Of a stretch of 64,000 nt of DNA, positions 8,874-21,778 are shown piece by piece; positions within the stretch are counted from its first letter, which is position 1; the number at the start of each line of letters is the position of its first letter. The notes below the pieces were generated by a model. That model searched no databases. It was not told the DNA's origin and worked only from the letters and a program-made list of their open reading frames with translations. Source of the DNA: Acidimicrobiia bacterium (GTDB lineage: Bacteria > Actinomycetota > Acidimicrobiia > Acidimicrobiales > VFJN01). The position numbers were made by a program, and so were the translations under genes. The DNA lies in assembly GCA_009694375.1 (NCBI GenBank), contig SHVB01000008.1, positions 45,743 to 109,742 on the forward strand, given 5' to 3'.

Positions 8874-9310
8874 TGTCCACGATCGTGTTGCTCTTGAGTG
8901 GCCCCAACCTGAACCTGTTGGGGGAGCGCGAACCGGAGATCTACGGAACCGCCACCCTGGCGGATCATGTGGCGGCCGCTCAGGCGGTGGCTGAGGCCCA
9001 CGGCCTCACCCTGGAGCATCAACAATCCAACCACGAAGGCGACCTAGTGGACGCCGTGCACGCCGCTCGTGGTCGTTGCGCGGCGATTGTGGTGAACGCA
9101 GGGGCCCTCACCCATTACGGCCGATCGCTGCAAGACGCCCTGGCCACCTTCGAAGGCCCGATCGTGGAACTCCACCTCTCGAATCCGGCCGCTCGCGAAG
9201 ACTGGCGCACCACTTCGGTGATCGCCCCGGTGGCAACGGCGGTGATTGCGGGCCTGGGTGGTCACGGTTACCCCATGGCGCTGGCGGCGGTGGCCCGGCT
9301 GCTGGCGTGA
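8873..9310 (+). CDS. aroQ: type II 3-dehydroquinate dehydratase
   Basis: LSGPNLNLLGEREPEIYG and HLSNPAAREDWR motifs. TGATG overlap with aroB. Confidence 0.93.
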   Translation: MSTIVLLLSGPNLNLLGEREPEIYGTATLADHVAAAQAVAEAHGLTLEHQQSNHEGDLVDAVHAARGRCAAIVVNAGALTHYGRSLQDALATFEGPIVELHLSNPAAREDWRTTSVIAPVATAVIAGLGGHGYPMALAAVARLLA

Positions 9311-9321
9311 TCGTCCCCCCG

Positions 9322-10407
9322 ATGGAAGTGCCGAACCGAGTTCGGGGCCTACAGGCCTGTTTGGACTCGGCGGGTTGTGACGCCCTGCTCGTAAGTCACC
9401 TCACCAACGTCCGTTACCTCACCGGCTTCACTGGTTCCTCCGGCTACCTCTGGGTGGGGCCCACATCGGTGAGTCTGATTACCGACGGCCGTTATGACGA
9501 ACAGGCGAGAGGAGAGTTGCACGCCACAGGGGTGATGGCCGAGGTGATCATCGGTCACACCTCCTCGGCGATACGGCAGGCCCTGAGCGACCACGCCGAG
9601 GGGGTGCGGAATCTCGGCATCGAAGCGGAGCACGTGAGTTGGGCCGAACAAGGGCGCTATGTGGACGACGTGTTCCCCTCCACCACGCTGGTTCCCTCCT
9701 CCGGGCTGGTGGAGGCCCTTCGGGCCGTGAAGGACCGCGGCGAGGTGGCGCGCATCGAAGCCGCCTGTGCCATTGCGGATGCGGCGCTCGGGGCCGTGGC
9801 CCCCGGCTTGGAGCATCGGCCCACCGAGGCAGCGTTCGCCCTCGAACTCGACGCCGCCATGCGGACGGGCGGGGCCGACGCCGTGAGTTTCGACACGATC
9901 GTGGCGTCTGGCCCTCTCGGGTCGCGGCCCCACCACATGCCCTCGGGCCGGGTGATCGAACGCGGCGATCTGGTGGTTATCGACTTCGGGGCGATGATCG
10001 ACGGCTACCACTCGGATATGACCCGCACCATTGCCGTGGGCGGATCCGCCGCTCTCGATGCCACCCAGCGCCGGATGATGACGGTGGTGGGTGAGGCGCA
10101 GGCCGCCGGGGTGGCTGCGGTAGCGGCAGGCGTGAGCACCACGGCGGTGGATACGGCCTGCCGTGAGGTGATCGCGGCGGCGGGCTGGGCCGAGGCCTTC
10201 GTCCACGGAACCGGCCACGGGGTGGGTCTCGACATCCATGAGGCGCCGAGGGTGGCCGCAACTGACGCTGCTACGCTGCTCTCCGGCCACGTCGTCACCG
10301 TCGAACCGGGCGTGTACCTCCCCGGTCATGGTGGGGTGCGCATCGAGGACACCGTTGTGGTCACCGAATCCGGGTGTCGTACCCTCACGCGTGCCCCTAA
10401 GTCCTAG
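9322..10407 (+). CDS. Xaa-Pro aminopeptidase/dipeptidase (M24B family)
   Basis: Creatinase-like N-domain plus M24 metal-ligand blocks (VVIDFGA, YHSDMTRT, HGTGHGVGLDIHE, VTVEPGVY). Start taken at ATG 9322; an alternative GTG at 9307 overlaps the aroQ stop. Track start 9076 rejected. Confidence 0.88.
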   Translation: MEVPNRVRGLQACLDSAGCDALLVSHLTNVRYLTGFTGSSGYLWVGPTSVSLITDGRYDEQARGELHATGVMAEVIIGHTSSAIRQALSDHAEGVRNLGIEAEHVSWAEQGRYVDDVFPSTTLVPSSGLVEALRAVKDRGEVARIEAACAIADAALGAVAPGLEHRPTEAAFALELDAAMRTGGADAVSFDTIVASGPLGSRPHHMPSGRVIERGDLVVIDFGAMIDGYHSDMTRTIAVGGSAALDATQRRMMTVVGEAQAAGVAAVAAGVSTTAVDTACREVIAAAGWAEAFVHGTGHGVGLDIHEAPRVAATDAATLLSGHVVTVEPGVYLPGHGGVRIEDTVVVTESGCRTLTRAPKS

Positions 10408-10425
10408 AGCCGAGGTCCCAACGAA

Positions 10426-10989
10426 ATGTCTGCTGTCTCCACCAACGATCTGAAGCGTGGGATGTCCCTCAACTTGTCCGACGGTCTGTTTCAGGTCGTG
10501 GACTTTCAACACGTGAAGCCCGGCAAGGGTGGCGCCTTTGTGCGCACCACGTTGCGCAACATGCGCAACGGTGCCCAGATGGACCGCACCTTCCGGGCCG
10601 ATGAGAAACTTGAGCAAGCCATGATCGACAAGCGGGAAATGCAGTACCTCTACCGCGACGGCGAAGACTACGTGTTCATGGACAACGAAAATTACGAGCA
10701 ACTCAACGTGCTGCCTACCTCGCTTGTCCATGCCGCCAACTACATCGTGGATGGCTCCACCGTGGTGCTTCAGATGTACGGCGATGAGATCGTGGGGTCG
10801 GATCTGCCGGCGTCGGTGGAACTGAACGTGGCCAACACGGAGCCAGGGGTTCAGGGCGACCGCGTCTCGGGGGCCCGCAAGCCCGCCACTCTCGAAACCG
10901 GCCTCGTGCTCCAGGTGCCGTTGTTCGTGAACCCGGGCGACCGCATCAAAGTGGATACTCGCTCCGGCGAGTACCTCACCCGAGCCTGA
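10426..10989 (+). CDS. efp: elongation factor P
   Basis: Typical EF-P sequence (FQHVKPGKGGAFVRTTLRN). Confidence 0.95.
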   Translation: MSAVSTNDLKRGMSLNLSDGLFQVVDFQHVKPGKGGAFVRTTLRNMRNGAQMDRTFRADEKLEQAMIDKREMQYLYRDGEDYVFMDNENYEQLNVLPTSLVHAANYIVDGSTVVLQMYGDEIVGSDLPASVELNVANTEPGVQGDRVSGARKPATLETGLVLQVPLFVNPGDRIKVDTRSGEYLTRA

Positions 10990-11390
10990 TGTCGCTGGCC
11001 GACGAGCGGCGCCGCGCGCGTGAACGGGCCCTGGCTCTGCTCTATGAGGCCGAAACCAAAGGCTGCACCGGCACCGAACTACTTGATCGCCTACCGGTCC
11101 CCGCCGACGAGTTTGCCGACAGTCTCGTGCGGGCGGTGGACGAACACCAAGAGCAGATCGACGGCCTCATGAGCGCCTTCTCTAAAGGGTGGACGCTGTC
11201 GCGCATGCCGGCCCTCGATCGCGCCGCCCTGCGCATGGGCACGGCCGAACTCCTCACCCGCTCCGATGTGCCCACTGCGGTGGTGCTCAACGAAGTGGTG
11301 GAGTTGGCCACCCGGTTTTCTACCGACGACAGCGGTCGCTTTGTGAATGGGCTGCTCGCCAAGATCGCCACGCAGGTGCGCCCGGGCTAA
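10989..11390 (+). CDS. nusB: transcription antitermination factor NusB
   Basis: RRRARERALALLYEAE and NGLLAKIA motifs. TGATG overlap with efp. Confidence 0.92.
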   Translation: MSLADERRRARERALALLYEAETKGCTGTELLDRLPVPADEFADSLVRAVDEHQEQIDGLMSAFSKGWTLSRMPALDRAALRMGTAELLTRSDVPTAVVLNEVVELATRFSTDDSGRFVNGLLAKIATQVRPG

Positions 11391-11476
11391 GCGGCGGCCC
11401 GGGCGGCCGTGGACGCGTCGGGATCCGCTTGCCATGGTGAGCGGGGTGCCTTCGGTGCTATCCTTCCGTTCTGACG

Positions 11477-11520
11477 TTAAGCGGGTCCCGTGAGGCCCGG
11501 ACGGCAGAAAGGAAACCGGC
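11477..11520 (+). promoter_or_regulatory. PyrR-binding RNA motif (anti-antiterminator-type box)
   Basis: UUAAGCGGGUCCCGUGAGGCCCGGACGGCAGAAAGG. The core GGUCCCGUGAGGCC resembles the PyrR box UCCAGAGAGGC. It lies upstream of pyrR. Confidence 0.6.
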
Positions 11521-11546
11521 TGATGGCCGAACGTGAACGACGGTCA

Positions 11547-11573
11547 ACGCCCCCCTTCGGGGGCGTTTTTATT
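11547..11573 (+). terminator. intrinsic terminator within the pyr leader (attenuator)
   Basis: ACGCCCCC (11547-54), loop CTTC, GGGGGCGT (11559-66), then TTTTATT. The 8-bp stem is perfect. It ends 13-16 nt before the pyrR start. Confidence 0.75.
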
Positions 11574-11588
11574 GCCCGAAGCCAGGTG

Positions 11589-12092
11589 ATGGACGCCGAC
11601 GACGTGCGGCGAGCCGTCTGGCGCATGGCCCATGAGATCATCGAGCACAATCACGGCCTCGACAGCGTGGTTCTGGTGGGCCTCCAGACCGGCGGGGTGG
11701 GGATGGCGGAAGCCTTTGCCGAGGCCCTGGCGGAGATCGGCGGGCACACCCCCCCGGTTGGCACCCTTGATGTGGCCCTGTTTCGCGACGACATCGGGAT
11801 TCGCCCGGTACTTCCCGAGGCCGTCACCGACATTCCCATGGACCTCAACGGCGCCATCGTTGTCCTGGTGGACGACGTGCTCTACACCGGCCGCACCATT
11901 CGAGCGGCCCTTGATGCTCTCAATGCCTACGGGCGGCCGCGATCGGTGCAGTTGGCCGTGATGGTGGATCGAGGTCATCGCGAGTTGCCGATCCGACCGG
12001 ACTACGTCGGCAAGAATCTCCCCACCCGGCGCGACGAGGTTGTGAACGTGAGCCCCACGGGTGTTGATCTCGGAGAGGTGGTGAAGCCGTGA
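11589..12092 (+). CDS. pyrR: bifunctional pyrimidine operon regulator / uracil phosphoribosyltransferase PyrR
   Basis: VLVDDVLYTGRTIRAAL PRPP motif and GHRELPIRPDYVGKN. Start placed after the terminator at ATG 11589 (or GTG 11586). The track start at 11490 would encode the attenuator RNA and is rejected. Confidence 0.9.
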   Translation: MDADDVRRAVWRMAHEIIEHNHGLDSVVLVGLQTGGVGMAEAFAEALAEIGGHTPPVGTLDVALFRDDIGIRPVLPEAVTDIPMDLNGAIVVLVDDVLYTGRTIRAALDALNAYGRPRSVQLAVMVDRGHRELPIRPDYVGKNLPTRRDEVVNVSPTGVDLGEVVKP

Positions 12093-13105
12093 CGCACCTG
12101 TTGTCCATCGCCGATTTGAATCGTGCCGACATCGAACAGCTCCACCAACTCACCGACACCTTTGTGGAGGTCTCGCGGCGGTCCATCCCGAAAGTGCCGG
12201 CCTTGCGGGGCAAGAACGTCGTGTGGCTGTTCTACGAAGACTCCACCCGTACCCGGCTGAGTTTCGAGCAGGCCGCCAAACGTCTCTCGGCGGACACGAT
12301 GACCTTCAGCGTGTCGTCCTCGTCGGTCAAGAAGGGGGAGTCGCTTCGCGACACGGTGCTCACCATCGAGGCGATGGGGGTGGATGCCATCGTGGTGCGG
12401 CATGGATCCGCCGGGGTGCCCTGGCAGATCGCCCGGTGGGTCGAGAATCGGGTGCACATCATCAATGCGGGCGACGGATGGCACGAACACCCCACGCAGG
12501 CTCTGCTGGACAGTTACACCATCCGATCGGAACGGGGCTCGCTGGAGGGGATGCACATCGGCATCGTCGGCGACGTGAAGCACAGCCGTGTGGCCCGGTC
12601 CGATGTGCTGGCCTACACCGCCCTGGGTGCGCAGGTAACCCTGGTCGCACCCCCCACCTTGCTGCCGCCGTCCCTGGCCGGATGGCCCGTCACGGTGAGC
12701 CATGACCTCGACGCCGTACTCCCCAGTCTCGATGTGGTGGGGATTCTGCGCATGCAGCAGGAGCGAATGACTGAGAACCTGGTTCCCTCCCTGCGGGAAT
12801 ACACCAGCCTCTACGGCCTCACCCTGCGCAGAGTGGACACCATGCGCGACGATGCCATCATCATGCACCCCGGGCCGGTGAACCGTGGAGTGGAAATCAG
12901 CGCGGAAGTGGCCGACCTCCCCCGCTCGAAGATCGTGGATCAGGTACGCAACGGTGTCGCCACCCGCATGGCGGTGCTGTATCTCCTGCTCGGCCAAGGC
13001 GTCGACAAGGTCCTCGACCCCGGCGTTCCCGAGGAGGCCCCCGATCAGGAGCACTCCCACGAGTCGGCGACAGACTCGGAATCATCGGTGGGGGTGACGG
13101 GCTGA
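12089..13105 (+). CDS. pyrB: aspartate carbamoyltransferase catalytic subunit
   Basis: STRTRLSFE and HPTQALLD motifs. GTGA overlap with pyrR. Confidence 0.95.
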   Translation: MTHLLSIADLNRADIEQLHQLTDTFVEVSRRSIPKVPALRGKNVVWLFYEDSTRTRLSFEQAAKRLSADTMTFSVSSSSVKKGESLRDTVLTIEAMGVDAIVVRHGSAGVPWQIARWVENRVHIINAGDGWHEHPTQALLDSYTIRSERGSLEGMHIGIVGDVKHSRVARSDVLAYTALGAQVTLVAPPTLLPPSLAGWPVTVSHDLDAVLPSLDVVGILRMQQERMTENLVPSLREYTSLYGLTLRRVDTMRDDAIIMHPGPVNRGVEISAEVADLPRSKIVDQVRNGVATRMAVLYLLLGQGVDKVLDPGVPEEAPDQEHSHESATDSESSVGVTG

Positions 13106-14388
13106 TGGGGACGATCGTGATCAAAGGAGGCCGGGTCGTCGATGCCACCGGGGAACGCGTGGCCGATGTGGTGATTGGGGAAGACGGCCTGATCGCGGCG
13201 GTGGGTTCCGATCTACCGGGCGACACCGTGCTCGACGCGGCGGGCTGCGTGGTGAGTCCCGGCCTGGTGGACCTGCACAGCCATCTGCGCCAGCCCGGTC
13301 AGGAAGAGGCCGAGACCATCGAAACCGGGGCCCGCGCCGCCGCCCTCGGCGGCTACACGTGCATCCTGGCTATGCCCAACACCATCCCGGCGATCGACAA
13401 TGCCGGGATGGTGCGGGAAGTGCTCGAACTGGGACGGGCCGCCCCTTGCGACGTGCGCACCTCCGGGGCGATCACCGTGGGACGCGGTGGCGAGCAACTG
13501 GCCCCGTTGGGGGAGATGGCCGCCCTCGGCGTGCGCTTCTTCACCGACGACGGGGCGGGGGTGGCTGATGGCCGCCTCATGCGGAGGGCCATGGAATACG
13601 CCAGCGGCCTACCCACCGGCGTGATCCTCGCCCAGCACTGTGAGGACCCTATTCTGGCGGCCGGCGGACACATGCACGAAGGCGAATGGTCCGCCCGCCT
13701 TGGTATCCCCGGCCAACCCGCCGAAGCGGAAGAGTTGATGGTGATGCGGGATCTAGCCCTGGCCCGCCTCACCGGTACCCGCGTGCACTTCCAGCACTTG
13801 TCCACTGCCGGTTCGATCGCCATGGTGCAGGCCGCCAAGGCCGCCGGTCTGCCGGTGACCTGTGAGGCCACCACCCATCACTTCACCCTTACCCATGCTG
13901 AGTGTGCGTCCTACGACCCAGTGTTCAAAGTGAACCCACCGCTGCGCACCGCCGCCGATGTGGTGGCGGTACGAGCCGGTCTGGCGGACGGGGCGATCGA
14001 CTGCATCGCCACCGACCACGCCCCCCACACGCAGGAGGCGAAAGAAGCAGCCTTCGACGAGGCCCCGCCCGGCATGCTCGGCCTCGAGACGGCCCTGGCC
14101 CTCGCCCTCACCGAACTCGACCTGCCCATCGCCGCGGTGCTCGCCTTGCTGTCGTGGCAACCCGCCCGAATCCTCGGTGTAGATCACATCCACGGGCTCC
14201 CGGTGTCCTCCGGTAACCCGGGTCACCTCACCGTGATCGATCCGGCGGCCACCTGGATCGTGGATCCTGACGCGTTCGCCAGCCGGAGTCGCAACACCCC
14301 CTACGCGGGCCGCACCCTTACCGGCAAGGTGCGCCACACCCTGCTCTGCGGGGAGCCCGTAGTGATCAACGGAGAGGCCCAACGATGA
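13105..14388 (+). CDS. pyrC: dihydroorotase
   Basis: [14 protein letters not shown] and ATDHAPH motifs. Confidence 0.93.
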   Translation: MGTIVIKGGRVVDATGERVADVVIGEDGLIAAVGSDLPGDTVLDAAGCVVSPGLVDLHSHLRQPGQEEAETIETGARAAALGGYTCILAMPNTIPAIDNAGMVREVLELGRAAPCDVRTSGAITVGRGGEQLAPLGEMAALGVRFFTDDGAGVADGRLMRRAMEYASGLPTGVILAQHCEDPILAAGGHMHEGEWSARLGIPGQPAEAEELMVMRDLALARLTGTRVHFQHLSTAGSIAMVQAAKAAGLPVTCEATTHHFTLTHAECASYDPVFKVNPPLRTAADVVAVRAGLADGAIDCIATDHAPHTQEAKEAAFDEAPPGMLGLETALALALTELDLPIAAVLALLSWQPARILGVDHIHGLPVSSGNPGHLTVIDPAATWIVDPDAFASRSRNTPYAGRTLTGKVRHTLLCGEPVVINGEAQR

Positions 14389-15517
14389 GCGTGCGCGATG
14401 CGTTACTGGTCTTGGCCGATGGCACCACCTTTGAGGGTGAGGTCATCGGCGCCGATGACCTGGCGGTGGGCGAGGTGGTCTTCAACACGGTGCTCTCCGG
14501 CTACCAGGAGGTGGTCACCGATCCGTCGTACGCCGGTCAGATCATCACCTTCACCTACCCGCACATTGGTAACTACGGCGTGAACCTGGCCGACTTCGAA
14601 AGTCGCCGACCGTTCTGTCGGGGGGTGGTGGTGCGGGACTTGGCTCGCCGTCGTTCGAGTTGGCGCAGCGAGGCCGATCTTGGCGCCCAGTTGCGGGCGT
14701 ATGGGATCCCGGGTATCGCCGGTATCGACACCCGCAAGTTGACCCGTCGCATCCGTGAATTGGGTGCCGTTCCCGGCGCCTTCGGCGCCCTCGACAGACA
14801 CGGCGAAGCATCCCTGCTCGCCGCCGCCCGGGCCGAACCCGGCACCGACGGCGTGGATCTGGTGGCACAAGTGACCACGCCGCTGGCCTATCGCCTGGCC
14901 GACGGCCAGCGACCCCTGGTGGTCGCCTACGACTTCGGCATCAAGCGCACGATCCTGCGCCACCTGGCGTCGTGGTTCGATGTAGAAGTGGTGCCAGCGG
15001 ATACCTCGGCCGCCGACACCCTCGCTCGGGGACCGGCAGGTGTGTTTCTTTCCAATGGTCCGGGAGACCCCGCGGCGGTGCCCTACGCCCGCGACGCCAT
15101 CGCCGCGCTGCTGGGGGAGGTACCGATCTTCGGCATCTGTCTCGGTCATCAACTCCTGGGCCGGGCTCTCGGGGCCGACACGGTGAAACTGCCCTTCGGG
15201 CATCACGGCGGCAATCACCCGGTGCGGAATCTCGCCACCGGGCGCATCGAGATCACGAGTCAGAACCACAACTTTGCGGTGGACGCCGACAGCCTGGCGG
15301 GGCGGGCGGAGATGACTCACGTGAACCTCAACGACGGCGTGTGTGAGGGACTGCGGGTCCTCGACGCCCCCGCCTTCAGCGTGCAACATCACCCTGAGGC
15401 CGCCCCCGGACCCCATGACAGCGTCTATTTGTTCGAAGAGTTCGCCACCATGTTGGGTGTCACCCAACCCCGCGCCGCCCCCGCCGGGCTCCCGGTGGCC
15501 GAACGGGGCGTGGCCTG

Positions 15518-15518
<1 letters not shown>
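14385..15518 (+). CDS. carA: carbamoyl-phosphate synthase small (glutaminase) subunit
   Basis: GICLGHQLL catalytic Cys motif and HHPEA. Confidence 0.95.
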
Positions 15519-18828
<3,310 letters not shown>

Positions 18829-18832
<4 letters not shown>

Positions 18833-19782
18833 AGCCGTCCCGCTTCCCGGAGGTGGACCTGTCCACGATGGTGGGCTCGGTGGCCTTGCCCAATCCGGTC
18901 CTTACCGCGTCGGGCACGGCGGGACATGGCGCCGAGTTGGCCCCCTACCTCGATTTGGCCGCGCTTGGGGCCGTGGTGGTGAAGTCGCTCTCGCCACAGG
19001 CGTGGGCCGGCAATCCGCCGCTTCGAGTCCATGAGACAACCGGGGGGATGATCAACAGCGTGGGTCTGCAGGGTCCGGGGGTGGAGGCCTGGCTGCTTCA
19101 TGACTTGCCCCCACTGTTGGCTACGGGCGCCCGCGTGGTGGCTTCCATTTGGGGTCGCAGTGTGGCCGAGTACGAAGCGGCGGCGCGCGCGCTGGCCGAT
19201 GCTCCCGCCGGGGTCATCGCCGTGGAGGTGAACCTGTCGTGTCCCAACACCGAATCGGGTCGGGATCTCTTCGCCCATTCGGTGACGGCGACGGGTGAGG
19301 CCCTTGCCGCCACCGCCGGCTGCAGACGACCGCGCTGGGCAAAACTCAGCCCCAACGTGACCGATCTCGTGCCGATCGCGGCGGCCGCCCAGGCCGGGGG
19401 CGCGGAAGCCGTGACGCTGGTGAATACCGTGTTGGGAATGGCGATCGATCCCGAGACCGGGGCCTACCGCCTGGGGTCGGGGGCACGAGGCGGCGGACTC
19501 TCGGGCCCGGCGATTCATCCCGTAGCCGTGCGAGCAGTGCACGACGTCCACACCGCCCTCCCTGAGCTGGCCATCGTTGGCGTGGGGGGCGTGAGTAACG
19601 GCACGGAGGCGGCCGAGTTGTTGCTGGCCGGAGCCAGCGCAATCCAAGTGGGAACGGCCACCTTCGCTGACCCACGCGCCCCCGCCCGGGTGCTGCACGA
19701 GTTACTGGCATGGGCGAATCGCACACATCGAACCCGAATGCGTGACATCGTGGGGACGGCTCATGAAAGGACCACCCCATGA
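18829..19782 (+). CDS. pyrD: dihydroorotate dehydrogenase, class 1
   Basis: [21 protein letters not shown], and an active-site Cys in NLSCPN. No N-terminal membrane helix of class 2 enzymes. Confidence 0.9.
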
Positions 19783-20492
19783 CCGCTCAGCCCGCCGCCC
19801 CCGAAGCAGTGCGTTCCCGACTCGCCCTCGTACTTGACCTCGACGACGCCGTGGCCGCGCTGTCTCTCGCGCGGGATCTCCAGCCATGGTTCGGTACCGC
19901 CAAGGTGGGCCTCGAGTTGTACAGCGCGTCGGGTCCCAACGTGATGGGAGCACTGCAGGAGATGGGCTACGACGTGTTCTGCGACCTGAAGTTCCACGAC
20001 ATCCCTACCACCGTGGAGCGGGCCGCCCGGGTTGTCGGCTCGCTCGGCGCCCACTACCTCAACTTTCATGCCCAAGGCGGCACCACCATGCTCAAGGCCG
20101 GAGTGGAAGGCTTTATCTCCGGGGCCGTCAACGCCGGTCTCCCCATCCCAACGGCGTTGGCGGTGACGGTGCTCACCAGCGATGGAGATGCCCCGGCCCA
20201 CATCCTCCCCAAACGCGTGCAGGCGGCATTGGAGTCGGGGTGTGGCGGCATTGTGTGTGCGGCTTCCGATGTGGCGGAGGCAAAGCAGTACGGACCGCGT
20301 CTGTTGACCGTGGTCCCCGGCATCCGTCCGGCGGGTGCTCCGCGCCACGATCAGGCCCGGGCCGCTACCCCCGAGGAGGCCATCACTGCTGGCGCCGACC
20401 TGCTGGTGATCGGGCGCGCCGTGACCCACGCCGACGATCCCGCCGCCGCCGCTACCGTCATCGCAGCTGCCGTGGGCGCGTGTGTGCTCTGA
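19779..20492 (+). CDS. pyrF: orotidine 5'-phosphate decarboxylase
   Basis: LVLDLDD and DLKFHDIPTT motifs. ATGA overlap with pyrD. Confidence 0.93.
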   Translation: MTAQPAAPEAVRSRLALVLDLDDAVAALSLARDLQPWFGTAKVGLELYSASGPNVMGALQEMGYDVFCDLKFHDIPTTVERAARVVGSLGAHYLNFHAQGGTTMLKAGVEGFISGAVNAGLPIPTALAVTVLTSDGDAPAHILPKRVQAALESGCGGIVCAASDVAEAKQYGPRLLTVVPGIRPAGAPRHDQARAATPEEAITAGADLLVIGRAVTHADDPAAAATVIAAAVGACVL

Positions 20493-20501
20493 GTTTGTGA
20501 G

Positions 20502-20507
20502 TAGGGT
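20502..20507 (+). promoter_or_regulatory. candidate -10 hexamer TAGGGT placed 6 nt before the mihF ATG (leaderless arrangement)
   Basis: The sequence reads TAGGGT-cgcccc-ATG(20514). No SD. Confidence 0.35.
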
Positions 20508-20513
20508 CGCCCC

Positions 20514-20828
20514 ATGCCGCAACCTCCCGTTCTGACCGCCGAGCAACGAAGCCAGGCGCTCGTGAAAGCAGCCGAGGCCCGTCGGGCTCGTGCCGAACTC
20601 AAGGAAATGCTCAAAATGGGGTCGTTGACCCTCGCCGAACTTCTCGAGCGATCTGGCAGCGACATCAACATCGACAAGATGAAGGTGCTGGCGGTGATCC
20701 AATCGTTGCCGGGCGTGGGCAAGGTAAAAGCTCGTCGCACGATGGAGGAGATCGGAATCTCCGATACCCGCCGCGTCAAGGGCCTCGGCCAACAGCAACG
20801 CAAGGCGCTCCTGGAAGCGTTTCGCTGA
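20514..20828 (+). CDS. mihF: actinobacterial integration host factor mIHF
   Basis: LTAEQRSQALVKAAEARRARAELK and VLAVIQSLPGVGKVKA are typical of mIHF. Conserved position after pyrF. Confidence 0.88.
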   Translation: MPQPPVLTAEQRSQALVKAAEARRARAELKEMLKMGSLTLAELLERSGSDINIDKMKVLAVIQSLPGVGKVKARRTMEEIGISDTRRVKGLGQQQRKALLEAFR

Positions 20829-20841
20829 TTCGTCGGCGCCG

Positions 20842-21375
20842 GTGCTGATCACGATTTCGGGGCTGCCCGGCTCCGGCACCACCACGGCTTCCCGTTTGGT
20901 ATCGGAGGCTCTCGGGCTTGAGCGCGTTCCCGGGGGGGAGGTCTTTCGTCAGTTGGCGGCGGAAGCAGGTATGTCGCTAGCCGGCTTCGGGGCCTACGCC
21001 CACGACCATCCCGAGATCGATCGGGAACTCGACCATCGTCTCGAGAGTCGGGCCCGCCAGGGCGACTGCGTAATTGAAGCCCGCCTGGCTGGATGGTTGG
21101 CTCAGCAGGCGGGTTTGGCTTCGGTACGGGTGTGGGTGCACTGCGACGACACCGAACGGGCCCGCCGGGTGGCCGAGCGGGATGGCACCACCGTCGATGA
21201 GGCGCTGGTCGACAATGCCGAGCGAGCCGTCGTCGAACGACGCCGCTACCAGTCGGTCTACGGCATCAACCTCCTGGATCAGTCGATTTATGACCTCGTA
21301 CTCGACTCCAGCCGGGAGGCCCCAGAGGTAGTGGCCGAGGCGATCATCGCCCAGGCCCGGGCCACCTTTCCTTGA
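20842..21375 (+). CDS. archaeal-type cytidylate-kinase-like NMP kinase homolog with atypical P-loop (GLPGSGTTT)
   Basis: Collinear resemblance to archaeal-type CMP kinases (MLITISGLPGSG.TT, PEIDRELD, EARLAGW, RRRYQSVYGINLLDQSIYDLVLDS). GTG start. Confidence 0.65.
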   Translation: MLITISGLPGSGTTTASRLVSEALGLERVPGGEVFRQLAAEAGMSLAGFGAYAHDHPEIDRELDHRLESRARQGDCVIEARLAGWLAQQAGLASVRVWVHCDDTERARRVAERDGTTVDEALVDNAERAVVERRRYQSVYGINLLDQSIYDLVLDSSREAPEVVAEAIIAQARATFP

Positions 21376-21456
21376 GGGCCGCTGGACAATGGCGGTGCCG
21401 TCGGTCTCCGCTGGTAGCATCTTTGCTCCACCCGCCCTCAACCAAGAGGATCTGCC

Positions 21457-21759
21457 ATGGCATCCCGCCACGACACGATGATGAACCCGCCGATCGAACA
21501 TCTCCTTGATCGAGCGGGCTCCAAGTTCACCCTGGTAACGCTGGGGGCCAAGCGGGCGCGGGAGATCAATTCGTATTACAACAAATTGTCCGAGACCCTC
21601 GGCACGGTGGTGCCGCCGCAGGTCACCTCTTCGGCCCGCAAGTCCCTCTCGATCGCCTTCGAGGAGATCGAGGCCGATAAAATCCTCGGGGTCTGGCCCA
21701 AGCCGGAAGAAGAGATCGACCCTGACGCCGAGCCCGAGGGTTCCGAGTCGGCTGAGTAG
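21457..21759 (+). CDS. rpoZ: DNA-directed RNA polymerase subunit omega
   Basis: NPPIEHLLDRAGSKFTLVTLGAKRAREIN. SD AAGAGGA upstream. Confidence 0.92.
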   Translation: MASRHDTMMNPPIEHLLDRAGSKFTLVTLGAKRAREINSYYNKLSETLGTVVPPQVTSSARKSLSIAFEEIEADKILGVWPKPEEEIDPDAEPEGSESAE

Positions 21760-21778
21760 GCCGCTCCCACCGCAGCTG

